DNA of 63,975 nucleotides, filler included, from Lenisia limosa (GCA_001655205.1; 15 parts of 15 records of this genome joined end to end with filler, not necessarily neighbours in it); one strand, 5' to 3'. Counted from the whole stretch's first letter, positions 36,756-48,878 are shown. Notes: generated from the letters alone by a model not told the origin. A program made the numbers and translations.

Positions 36756-38266
36756 AAAAGCCGCCAAGAAGGATCTGAAGAAGGAAACTGACCCCTTCAA
36801 ACGCGCCGTCCTTGATGGCAGACAGCTGGCCTTGAAGGTCTTTGCTGTTTTAAAACCTCGTACTCAAATGTTTAGTTGTTAATTACTTGTCCATTGTCAC
36901 CCCCGCGCTGTTGCTCGTGTTTTTTATTGATTGTTTTTTTTTTTGTTTTTTGTTTGTTTGAAGTTTCAGATTATCCGGTTCGTGTTTAGTACCTTTACGC
37001 CAATATTCTTCATCGAAATTGCCTTAGCTTTACTCCCCCACCCCCCAGATCAGTGCCAATTCGGTCTACGGATTCACTGGAGCAACAACAGGAAAACTGC
37101 CGTGTCTNNNNNNNNNNNNNNNNNNNNNNNNNNNNNNNNNNNNNNNNNNNNNNNNNNNTGTCACTTCCTTTGGACGTTTGATGATCGACCAGGTCGGGGG
37201 GTATAATTAATATTATGGTAGTTTCATATAAAAAAATAAAGAGAAATAAAACAGGGTGGTGGAGAATGCAGGATTTTGCGTTCAAGTAGAATTATTAAAA
37301 TGCGTTTTTCCAAAATAGGGCCACTGCTGTCGTGAAAAATGTTGTGCGGGCGCTCTTATTGTAGACGCGGGGGCGGGTCGGCATATTGCGTCTATGTATG
37401 CATATATATGTCTAGATATGCATATCATATATGTTTGTATGTANNNNNNNNNNNNNNNNNNNNNNNNNNNNNNNNNNNNNNNNNNNNNNNNNNNNNNNNN
37501 NNNNNNNNNNNNNGTATGTATGTAATATGTAGTACTTCAAAATCTTTAGATACTTCCACAATTCTTATTTCTAGACGAAGAGCTAACTTATTTCCAGACG
37601 AAGAGCCTGGTTGAGAGTACGTTCACCAAAGCCAATGGATATGACCATGATGCTCAAGTATTGGGGGGATTATATATGGTGGTAGTACTATTGACAGTAT
37701 GGAAGGAGAGGGTTTCATTCTTAATGTTCCTTCTTTTCACGTTTCACCCCTAGGTTATTTATGGAGATACTGACTCTGTGATGATCAAATTCGGAGTGGA
37801 CACTGTACAACGAAGCATGGAGCTTGGTATGTTTAGAAAGGGATGAAGAACCTATCTCCTTCCGTGTCAGGAAAGTGTTACTTACCATGTTGGGGGCCGT
37901 ATAAGGAAAGTGATACTTACCTTATTAGGAGCCGAGGCTGCCGGAATTGTCAACAAAACATTTGTCAAGCCCATCAACCTTGAATTTGAGAAGGTCTACT
38001 ACCCCTACCTCCTCACTTCCAAAAAGCGGTTGGAGGGGGCAAGATGATACCAGAATATTTACAAAAAATGTACTATATATGATGATCATATGATGATATA
38101 GTATAATACATCATCATACATACATAGTATATGATATGTACATACAGAATAAGTACAATGTGTTTGTGTATAGTATATTTAATACACCCACTGACACTGC
38201 AGCTACGCCGGGCTCTACTGGACAAATTCTGTCAAACCGGACAAACTTGATGCGAAAGGAATGGAG
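36756..38266 (+). CDS. POLD1: DNA polymerase delta catalytic subunit, internal fragment. Exons <36756-36837, 37049-37192, 37598-37657, 37754-37826, 37929-38028, 38203-38266
   Basis: [27 protein letters not shown]|[30 protein letters not shown]|[20 protein letters not shown]|[14 protein letters not shown]..|[33 protein letters not shown]|YAGLYW..DAKGME: family-B motifs with Pol delta-typical context. Confidence 0.97.
36977..37048 (+). repeat. Repeat family D at a POLD1 3' splice site; other copies about 20783-20835(-), 21085-21120(-), 40196-40246(+), 40604-40662(+), 42205-42225(-), 61830-61864(+)
   Basis: Consensus GGTTCGTG.T.AGTACCTTTACGCCAATATTCTTCATCGAAATTTCCTTCGTTTTACTCCCC. Confidence 0.85.
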
Positions 38267-38560
38267 GTCTGGGGTATTGATGTTATTGGGTTTAGCCAAC
38301 TGATTTTTTTTTTTTTTTTTTTTTTTTTTNNNNNNNNNNNNNNNNNNNNNNNNNNNNNNNNNNNNNNNNNNNNTTAATTAATTAANNNNNNNNNNNNNNN
38401 NNNNNNNNNNNNNNNNNNNNNNNNNNNNNCAAAGCCCAGGCCATTCGCTTCTACCGCTTCCCATCTAAATGCTGTTTTTTGGTTCTATTATTGTTTGAAA
38501 GAAACAAAATTGGAACAAAACAAGAGTTGGCATAAGAGAGAGGGGGTCCATATCGCTCAC

Positions 38561-41500
38561 CAATTCCATGATGGTGTCTCTGAGATGGGAGTCGTGTGGC
38601 GGTTGTTGTGTGGCGGCAGCGCGACTTGCGTGGTCGCTTGCGTCTATGATCTGCGGGGTGGGGGGTCATATTGGAAATTTTATGAAACAAAAAAAAAGCT
38701 CACTATAAAAAAAAAACATGGGGCTGCATGCTATTCGACTATATCTCATATAATGTACTACACTATATTATAGCTACATAATATGTCTAATACACCCATA
38801 TTATATATCATATATTAAAGTAATGAAAGACAGGTTGACATACCATGTGAGATCTTGGTGCAAGGTTCTGGAGTTCGGGTGCCACGAGATCGGCTAGATC
38901 GGTGAAAGGATGGTTTTTGGATGATTGCGTGGAGGGAGACTAATATGTTTGTGTCTTGGACCTCCATATATACACCCATCTTCTTTCAAACTCCAAACAC
39001 ACATCTGTACGTTTTACTCATCACTTGTCCTTCTAACCCGTACCCCTTGTGTGATATACTGTAACCCGCAGTCCCACCCATTGGGAAATATGATAATTTG
39101 TTTTTATTGTATCCCTAAGTATTTATTTAATTCCCAATGTAGTATTATTTATTAAACTAATTTTGCTATGCAAAGCACCATCCTACCCGTAGTCCGGGGA
39201 GCGGACGGCTCCGATGAATGCTGCAGTGCCTTTGAGGCCGTAGCAAATGCTTCGCTTTCCAGCGGGACGTTCAGCTGACAATAAATGAATGGAGAGTAAA
39301 ATTGGAAAATTATTGAAACAAAAAAACCCAAATCAACTCTGTTGGCTGACGACAACACAGAGGTTGATAACAACAAACAAATGGGGGGGGGGNNNNNNNN
39401 NNNNNNNNNNNNNNNNNNNNNNNNNNNNNNNNNNNNNNNNNNNNNNNNNNNNNNNNNNNNNNNNNNNNNNNNNNNNNNNNNNNNNNNNNNNNNNNNNNNN
39501 NNNNNNNNNNNNNNNNNNNNNNNNNNNNNNNNNNNNNNNNNNNNNNNNNNNNNNNNNNNNNNNNNNNNNNNNNNNNNNNNNNNNNNNNNNNNNNNNNNNN
39601 NAGTTGAGATCAACAAAACAACCACACACACGTTAAAAGAGCTGCATAAAAATAAATGAAAAAAGTGAATTGGTTCTTATCATATAATACACCAACCGTT
39701 GCTCAACCTTAGTATTGCCGATTACGTTTTTTATTTTATTTTTTGCCACACACACACACACAACACAGCATTACCCCCCCCCCACAGAATACAACATGGA
39801 CTCCAAAAAGGCGTCAAGAGCGTGCGTGCGCGCGAGAGCCTCGTCTTCTGCAGTCGTCTCAACCTGCAAGATGAGATTATGGAGATCGTTTCAACCTGGG
39901 GTATGCGTTGGGCTTCACTTCGGTAGGAAAAAAAGACTAAATTTCTCGATAAATCTTCGATAACTATGGATATTTTACCGGTCTTTTCGGGCTGAAGCCT
40001 TAGATATGGTGAGGGTTTTATGAGTCTATTGTGGATGATTTACGGAAATGCAGGTTAAAATTATCTTAAGGATTTATAGACTTAAATTCATAAATAATAA
40101 ATACCAAATTGTTGCTTAAAAACTCAACATTTATCAAGATTCCGAGAAACTAATTCGATCTGTGTTGAACAGCATTCTCCATACGACCCCCCACCCCTTC
40201 ACGCCAATATTCTTAATCTAAATTTCCTTCGTTTTACTCCACTCACTTCTCTCAGGGCGGTCTGCTGAACTAGGGCGTCCACAACTAGGGCTGGAGAGTG
40301 GACGGTGCTCGAGAAAGTCTTCATTTGCTGGTTGTACACTAGCATTTTGCTGCATGGCTACGGGGGGTGAATATGGAAATAATGAAATTACNNNNNNNNN
40401 NNNNNNNNNNNNNNNNNNNNNNNNNNNNNNNNNNNNNNNNNNNNNNNNNNNNNNNNNNNNNNNNNNNNNNNNNNNNNNNNNNNNNNNNNNNNNNNNNNNN
40501 NNNNNNNNNNNNNNNNNNNNNNNNNNNNNNNNNNNNNNNNNNNNNNNNNNNNNNNNNNNNNNNNNNNNNNNNNNNNNNNNNNNNNNNNNNNNNNNNNNNN
40601 NNNGGTTCGTGCTAAGTACCTTTACGCCAATATTCTGTCCTTCGTTTTACCCATCTCCCTACCTGGGTTTCAACCTTGTCAATCTGGCGACGATCGAGTT
40701 TAGCGAGCCATTCCTCGTAGTTCTGTTGGTACTTCAGCATCAGGTAGACTTCCTTGGCCTGGAGTGTTACTAGCTTGCAGATTTTAATAATATTATTATT
40801 ATTCTGATTATAATATAATTATGATTATTTTTATTTTTGGCAGTAAAGTCTCTTTTGAAACTCGGCTCAAAGACCCGGCGGTCAAATGAGAAGAAAAATA
40901 GGCCTACCTGTCTGGCCGAAGGTCTACATTATAATAAGAGACACAGAGAGGACTCCTTAGATTGGAGGGTTACTAATAACTCTTTATTTGGGCTCCAAGA
41001 AAAGGGGGAATTCGATTTCGTTAACCCGATTTTGTTAATTCTCATGAATAGGGCAAATGTATTTTACCTACCAAAGCATCAAAACAGGGTCTGCCATCTC
41101 CTTGCACGAAAACTGCCTCAACCTCGCGCCACGCAATCTAATTGCGCGTAAATAAATTCAATTAACAACAGCCCATGGTCATCATGGATTGCTGAATTGA
41201 CGGTTCACAATCACATTACTTTGGTTTAAAGACGAGCAACAGGATAAATAAGAAGTAGAGATGAGAAACAAAAACAGGTAGTATCTGGTCCAACCCGACA
41301 GTGTTATTGAACAAGTTCAAAGAAATAAGCAGTTTTCCAAATTTCACGCGTCAAATTACTGGTAGAGCTAAGAAACACAATACACAATAATTCAGATTTG
41401 CAGCCCTCTAAGTAGTTCCCACCCCATGTTAGCATATTAGCATACCTCCTTTGCCTCGGAAGATGGGTTAGCTTCAATATACTCATTCACTGCGTCCCGG

Positions 41501-43849
41501 AATATGGAAGAGATTTCTCGCTCGTCCGCTGCAAATGTCAAATACTCCTAATAAGCAATGAAAGAAATAACCTTTAGCAATGAAAACAACCTTTAGCAAT
41601 GTAAGAAATAACCTTTGGCAATGAAAGAAATGACCTTTTGCAATGAAAGAAATAACTTTCCGTTCATTTACAATTTTGCCAACTCGAAGAGTTTGGGACA
41701 CAAGCATTCATCAGAACAAATCACCAAAAAGTATGGAGCAAAGTAGTTAAAACAAAGCAGGTAGGGTTTTCACGCACAGACCAGGATAAGTCTTGACCGA
41801 TTTTCCTTGGGAAATCACAGAGCAAATCGGTCAAGACTTATCCTGGTCACTGTATATAAAAAGAACAGGTTTGCAAAGAACCCTCCCCACAATCCGCAAT
41901 AGGAGTAGATATCTGAGCAACGACAGTCAAATTGACGTCCTTCTGAGCGCAGCCCTCGAGAAACTCTCCGGTGATCTGCACGCCAGAGAGAACGTAATAC
42001 GCATCGGGGCCTTCTTCGGGTTCATCATCTGCGGGTCAGGGGGAGAGAGGGAGATTGGAAAATTTGAAACAAAAAAAATAATAAAAATAATAAAAATAAT
42101 AAAACTAATAATAATAATAAAATCCCAAAATCAACTCTGAAAACAACAACAAACAAAGCCCATGCCAGTCGCTTCTGCAGAACCGTATCCCATCACTCCA
42201 GCGTAGGAAAAAGGAAATTTCGAGAGATTTGATGGGCAAATATAGCTTTATTTCAAACCCCCATCCTTCTCTCTTCTGCCCCTCGTACTAGCAACAACAA
42301 CATCCTTCTTTCTTCTTCCCTCTTACTAGCAACAACAACATCCTTCTCTCTTCGTCCCCTTCCACGGCCTCTCCCCATCGCTTGTCGAGCCTGAAAGAGT
42401 CATTTGTGTAATGAGTAGGGTTTCACTTCAGTTCATCCATAAATCCTCAAAAGCTATCGATATTTTATCGGTATTTTTCAAACCGAAGTGAAGCCCTAGT
42501 AATGAGGGGAGTTCGAAGAATAGGGCTAAATAATTGTATGACGTGGAGGGAATTTATGACCCCCCCCCCTCACTGGTTGCTGAGCTGCCTGGGGCTTGGG
42601 CTTCTCTCTCATTGATGATCTTGAAGAGGGGCGTGCTGCTGCACCAGAAGGACTGTTGAGTTAAACATTGTGCAATTTCGTTGAGAGTTAGAAATAACTT
42701 TAACGANNNNNNNNNNNNNNNNNNNNNNNNNNNNNNNNNNNNNNNNNNNNNNNNNNNNNNNNNNNNNNNNNNNNNNNNNNNNNNNNNNNNNNNNNNNNNN
42801 NNNNNNNNNNNNNNNNNNNAAAAGAGCAAAACAAGATAATACGCGCACTAAAATAAAACATCGTTTGTCATTTAGAATTAAGTTGGTAATAATTACAAAG
42901 AAAAATAGTAAAGAAGTCGCCAGAGAGAAAGCCGTGTATTATTTGGATAAGGTAAATGTATCTGGGAATTCCCCCCTACATAGCCGTTGGTTTCTTTTTC
43001 TTGTCATCTTTAGTCTTTTTCCTTCGACCACCCGCTGCTGATGGTGTTGGTGATGGCTGAAGAATGACTTAATGTGTGGTAGATATACATGTAATATTTA
43101 TAGTGATCGAGAGCGTGATAGACAAAACCAAAACAGATATGGACAAATTTCAATACTAACAAGTGCTGAAAGTTACCAAAAATTGACACTACACCCCCCC
43201 AAATCCCCATATTCCTAAGATGGTCGGATTGCTCTTCCCCTCATACAGCAGCATTCATTCTGTCATCATCTTCATCAGGAATGACAACCTGGATGATGAG
43301 CTAAAGTGACAATTCCGAAGAACTGTGAGCAAGAAAGAAAAGAGAAATCGAGAGTATCAAAAGAAGGAATGATTTGAGGAAAGTAAAAAAACTGGTAAGT
43401 AGAACCTTCTGAATATGACAAACGCTGTACCCTCACCTGCTGTCTTCTTGCCTCCATAGCAGCCTCTTCCTCGGCCTAAAGCGGTGAGTTGTGTAGGTTC
43501 AAAGCTAGTAATGAAGGCTGGTTCACAGACCTCCATAACGCTTTTCAAGCATGTTGCCAGCAGGTCTCCAGGCACAACGTCATGCGTTTCTGTCGCAAGT
43601 TTCAATTCAGAGTAGAGGTCGCCTTCCTTGACCGAAAGGACCGACTCCACGATCTCATTGTAGGTGATCAAGGTCCATCTCTGCCGGGCACAGGAGCGAA
43701 TTGCGCGTTCAACAGCCTGTGTATCGGCTTCAGAAGCGTCAATTCCAACAATAGAATACTTCCAAGCCTGAATGATAAGAGGGGACCCCTAACGACGCCG
43801 TTACCTGGTCAGGGAGGGCATTGGGACTGCCTACGTCAATAGACGACAT
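38561..43849 (-). CDS. Large multi-exon protein of unknown function, 3' truncated at linker
   Basis: ATG 43849; chain of AG/GT-bounded exons, several in consistent phase: MSSIDVGSPNALPDQ|AWKYSIVGIDASEAD..CLKSVME|AEEEAAMEARRQQ|VVIPDEDDDRMNAA|..DDEPEEGPDAYYVLSGVQITGEFLEGC..|EYLTFAADERE..|..LMLKYQQNYEEWLAKLDRRQIDKVETQ|QMKTFSS..LRE|VETTAEDEALARTHALDAFLESMLYS|..LNVPLE..|ADLVAPELQNLAPRSHM|IIDASD..IMEL. Confidence 0.65.
39908..40002. mobile_element. MITE family B copy
   Basis: TTGGGCTTCACTTCGG...CTGAAGCCTTA; flanks GGTATGCG / GATATGGT (5/8). Confidence 0.8.
41555..41660. repeat. Intronic minisatellite, about 22-bp unit, 5 copies
   Basis: GCAATGAAAGAAATAACCTTTA repeated with variation. Confidence 0.85.
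41777..41852. mobile_element. Hairpin MITE family E, best copy
   Basis: GACCAGGATAAGTCTTGACCGATTT [spacer] AAATCGGTCAAGACTTATCCTGGTC, perfect 25-bp inverted arms; right end CACTG followed by TA. Confidence 0.85.
42416..42498. mobile_element. MITE family B copy with a perfect 8-bp TSD
   Basis: GTAATGAG-TAGGGTTTCACTTC...GAAGTGAAGCCCTA-GTAATGAG. Confidence 0.93.
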
Positions 43850-44382
43850 TTGCCGCACTTTTTAATTATATCTTTATTTTTTACGATAATATAGCAGTCT
43901 GTCTTTATGAAAGAGGTGGTTTTTTTTTCTTCTCTAAAAACAGGTGAATTCCGGTCGCCGAATTAGATTTGGTTTCCCAAAAAAAATTGCAACACACAAA
44001 ATTGATAAGTATGATGTTTAAAGTATTCATATTTGTTTCCTTGTTTCTCTCAACAGTGTTTGCAACAGCTGCAGTACTTACCAAGGTTAGTACAAACCAT
44101 AACTCAAGATGCACCTTCAATTTATGGCTTCTACTGCCTTGAATAACTTACTATAGTATTTTTAAATTGTTTAAGTTGACATTTGTCATGATTTCCCAAC
44201 TACAATCCTGTAATTCTACAAAATATTAACTCACAACTCACGCACAACCTTTTGCTTTCACAACCATCTCGCCGATTTCTCGTTACAGCTCATACACTCT
44301 TGTGTTTTTCATTCATTTAAAGATTAAAAAACAATGATTGCCCCTTACCCTGAAAAACGCCTTCCCGCTTTTCAACTGCAAA

Positions 44383-44770
44383 ATGTCTCACTCACAACCT
44401 CACAACCAACCCCTTCAGGACACTATTGCACAAGACTTACCAGGATACACCAAGGCGCTTCCAACCTACAAGGCTAATCTGTTCCCTGGCTCTCCCGCCA
44501 TCTTCCAAGGTTGGTTCCTAGCATATCAACTTGGCCCGAGTTGACTCCTTGATCACTCCTCGGAATTTCTGGGTTTTGGATAGAGAAGTCCAAAGCGGAT
44601 AAGGCTATTTTTAGATATTCATGGAGCTTAAATTGGGTTTTAAAACTGCTTCCCTTTCATTTATGATCCGCAACTTTTTGCATTTCCTTCTCCTTATTTC
44701 CTCTTACCCTGGCCAGGCCGATGCTTCAAGAAGTGTCTTGCTGAAATCATTGGTGTCGAGGAGAACAACA
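44383..44770 (+). CDS. 5' start of an unknown gene, divergent from the 43849 gene
   Basis: MSHSQPHNQPLQDTIAQDLPGYTKALPTYKANLFPGSPAIFQ, possible next exon GRCFKKCLAEIIGVEENN before the linker. Confidence 0.35.
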
Positions 44771-44989
44771 NNNNNNNNNNNNNNNNNNNNNNNNNNNNNN
44801 NNNNNNNNNNNNNNTTAATTAATTAANNNNNNNNNNNNNNNNNNNNNNNNNNNNNNNNNNNNNNNNNNNNATTTCCACTACAAATTTTGGCTCTTTATAT
44901 GAACAAACCTTTTTGCATAATATTTCAGAGAGATGTATTTGATTAGCTTTCTGTTGTGGTATTTACGTCTGTTTTATCTTTAGCATCTC

Positions 44990-47688
44990 TACGACGACCC
45001 AAGGCGACGCAACCGAGGAGGACAGTCTAAAGAGCCGGCAAGAACAATGAGAGGTCTTTGCGCTGAGGTCATCACTTTCGTCATCGAGACCGCTGCTACT
45101 GCTGAGGAGAATCGTCTTGGTCCTATCTGGGATAGTGCGCTGGCAAGGTCATCATTTGGCTGCAGGCGTTCGACAAGAAGTAGTTCGGAGGAGAAGGACA
45201 AGAAAAGTGAGGAAATGGAGAAGTTGAGGAGGATGGCTGAGGAGTACCATGCTGAAGAGGTGGCTCCTGGGACTGTGTTCCAATCTGACTTTGGAAAATG
45301 GAATTTTGTTGTTGGATATCAAAGACCAGAAGAGAAGAAAAACAATACTGACACAATCATACTTTAAGGAATCGAACATCACCGAGAGTAAGAGAATCTG
45401 ACATGTATATCTACAAAGTTGAGTTAGACTGCCGAAAACAAATATGTGAGCGGTACACCACTCTGAGGAAAAGATGACATCAGTCCAAGTCGCCTCCTAT
45501 CACGCACGCGCACCCCTTTAAGCAGGATCCACCATCATGTACATAGGATCCCCCAAAAAAAGACAAAATGTCTCGAAAAACCTCGGAAAAAAATCAGACC
45601 GCAGGGAATAAACAAATTTACCATATCGGTATCAGTCAACTTTCTTGAAGAGTCAACTTGTTGTAAAATACGCAATTTTTATTATCAATAGTATGGAGAT
45701 AACCTTTGTAACACATTTAATTCAGCAACTTCGACTTTGATGATCAGACTGACAAGAAAAAACACACGTTGTTCTTGACCTAATGCTTGTCTGCAGGGGT
45801 ACTACTGCCTGCAGCATTGAGGAGGGCAAAAGAGTTGGATTTGACATTTGACTTTTGTTTCTCACTACTTCAGTTCTGTGGAAAGAAGGTGTGCTTGAGT
45901 TACCTAGCTGGGGACATTGACAATGTACATGTCTTCTGCACAGGAAGTCATAGGGAGGCCGCAATTGCTCAAAACTGCTACCTTCAATCTGGTTTACCAC
46001 TTCAACTGTCCCGTCAAGCCCGAAATGAAGCAATTCAGAAGCTAACGCCAACAAACGCCAAGCCATATCCTAATTTAGGACCTTAAGCATATGATATATA
46101 TAATATAGTATAGTATATATATATATATATATATCATATATGACACATGAGATGTAAAGAGTTGGAAAGCAGATTTACTATGCATATACCATCACATGTA
46201 CTCCCAGATTTTGTGTTTACTTTTGTTGAACTCTGAAATTTAACCAAGAGTTTATATGACATAGAGTAGGTCATTTAGTGAATTCTCATACCCATCTAGC
46301 TTCCCTCGTTCTCTTTTTTGACCCCCCCAAGATTAAGTATTAAAATACTCTGATTACAAACACCATATGATGCCATCTGTGAATCATAAAAGGCATGTAG
46401 GTAAACTGTCAATGGCTATGACCTGCTTCTTTTGGACATAAATGTGTTGGAAAAGGAGAAACATACCGTCCTTTTGATTACCCAGTGGTTTCCAACAATT
46501 ACCTCCGTGCACTCTTCACACATTCCAACATCCATGCACCTCCAANNNNNNNNNNACAACCTTTACCTCAAAACCCCTGCTGAACCAACATTCACTGCCG
46601 AATTCCGCAGCTCTATCCATGCAGTTAAACAAGATGGAAACCTTGTGTTTGAACAGGTACTTGGACTCCTTCCTCAAGAATGACCCACACACAAAAGAGC
46701 TCTCCTCTGAAGATCGTAGCTTTTTGGAGGGTGTTGCAGCCACAATTTCTTCCATGTCCCTGCGGAACCCACGCGTCTTTAAGTCATCTTCACTTTATAC
46801 ACGTGCACTTATTGACAGTGATGTAAATCAAAACATTGTGAATAAGGCTTTTTTCCGCACCTGCCAAGTGGGACCTACAATTGATGACGTACAGCGTCCC
46901 TGTCAGTTCTACGTTACCAAACCAAGGGAGAAACTGGTAGCACTTAAGCCTGGACAGGTATGTTTTGAAATTGGCGTATCATTGTATTTACAGCTTAATA
47001 CATTAACTCTTCAGGTTATCGGCAACCCTGAAGAGTTAAAGAGTGAGAGGAAAACTCAGAACATAACGAAGCGCGAATGTAGTTTTCTTAAAATTGTACG
47101 AATATTTCAGTTTTCTTGGTCATTGGTCTGTTTAATAAATTGTGTACTGTTTTTGTTGAATTTTGGCGCGGTTGGGTCCAAAATTAGAGAAAAAAATTTT
47201 TTACGGAAATACTTATATTTACGGGAATTCTGCGCGGTAGCATATATCATATATAATATGATATATGATATACTACATATTAAATAATACATGGATATAT
47301 GCTCGCGGTCCTAAATTAGGTCATTAATTGTTATTTTGAGTTTTAAAGCCGCAGAAATCAATTTTTGGCCCAGTTTTCATACCACATTCAATTTCTGGGT
47401 TGTTTTGAGTTTTTCAAAAAAAAATTCACGCACAAATATATTCAGATTGCAAGGTACATATTATATTAGCCTTACAATTGTTCCAGTAGTTTTCCAATCG
47501 ACAAAGACACCGGAAACAGTGAAGGGTCCGATAATCAGCGAGATGGACAGTCCGATGAGCAACCGCAATTTGCCAGAAAAGTTGAAGGATGTATGCAAAG
47601 CTGGAGGAATGGCCCAACTTCCTATAGGAGGACACTTCGCTTCGACAATCCAAAGCTTCGAATCGTGAAGGATGAGGCCGTCTGGTGA
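44990..47688 (+). CDS. Unknown protein; the 5' part may be disrupted. Exon-like blocks about 44990-45365, 45790-46083, 46425-46957, 47015-47096, 47471-47688
   Basis: Long open frames (..LNRYLDSFLKNDPHTKELSSEDRSFLEGVAAT..KPGQ|VIGNPEEL..|PYNCSS..RKVEGCMQSWRNGPTSYRRTLRFDNPKLRIVKDEAVW*); GTATGT donor after KPGQ; an in-frame TAA at about 45365 interrupts the first block. Confidence 0.45.
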
Positions 47689-48878
47689 CATGATAATTCC
47701 ATGGTGCCACTGATGCTGTGATCAATCTACATTTGATGAACTGCACAAATAAGAACACAATCAAAATGGAAAGAGAAAACTATGTGGCTATATTACTACT
47801 ATGCATATGATATAATATAACATACTACATATAATATAATATAACATACTACATGTATATATTACTTGTAGTTATATACATTTAGAGCAATGAGAAAAAA
47901 AATAAAGAGATATTGGATAATAGTATATATTAATTTACCCAATCATTTGCCTTTAAACTCTGTGCATGCACACAGCTTTCTGCGTGCCTCTCCAGCATAC
48001 CTACAAAGATTAGATTCATGAATAAGGACAATATCCTCTGCATAATAACCCAGGTTTTAGTTATACTTATTGATATCTCATACTACTACATACAAAAGTA
48101 TCATGTCATAACATAAATCTGCAATTTACTTGGGTAATCTAGAAAATCTTCATATTTATGTTATTAAATGAAATCAAGTTTCAACTTCAAGAACAACAAC
48201 CTGTTCGAATATGATGACGCCTCTTTCCTGTTTTCATTGGGCAGGGATGGTATGGTATTATTCAATATCAATTCAGAACAACCCCGTGATTTTTTATTCA
48301 TTTGAAAAGATATGGTTATATCTGACTTTACCACTCAGGACTGTCAAGGAAGAACATGTTACCACGTTGACTTCCGAAGCCCTCCATTGCATTGCCACAT
48401 CCGTTTTAACTACCTCAATGAAAGGCTGTGGTTTTACCAAGGATGGCTGCCACAATCCTGAGGATCAAGGCAGCACCTGTGAGCTTCTTGAGATAAGCCC
48501 ATACGTTAGGGGTTAAAATGAAAATACACCAACAATATAATTCCCCCCCTCTAAACCTGGGATGTAAGGTTCTGGAGTTCTCCTGAACGGTGGTTTGCAT
48601 GTTCAATAAGAGCATTGATGTCCTCCTGTGAGGCAAGATGCGAGTAATCCGAACTAATAATGCAAAAATATATCCGAACACTGTTTTATTTTTGGATCCG
48701 TTTGAAAGGATTCCATAATCTGTCGGGAGAGCGTTCACCCCCTCCCCCCATCATACATTCACATCNNNNNNNNNNNNNNNNNNNNNNNNNNNNNNNNNNN
48801 NNNNNNNNNTTAATTAATTAANNNNNNNNNNNNNNNNNNNNNNNNNNNNNNNNNNNNNNNNNNNNAATAATAACCCAC

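Noticed and set aside
37912-37921. U1 snRNA gene
   Set aside because: Only the 9-nt ATACTTACC matches; no downstream U1 stem-loops or Sm site; it lies at an intron branch-point position.
39780-40330. Plus-strand exons continuing POLD1 (IQHGLQKGVKSVRARE.., RSAELGRPQ..)
   Set aside because: No similarity to the expected Pol delta continuation, a linker intervenes, and minus-strand readings have better splice sites and consistent phases.
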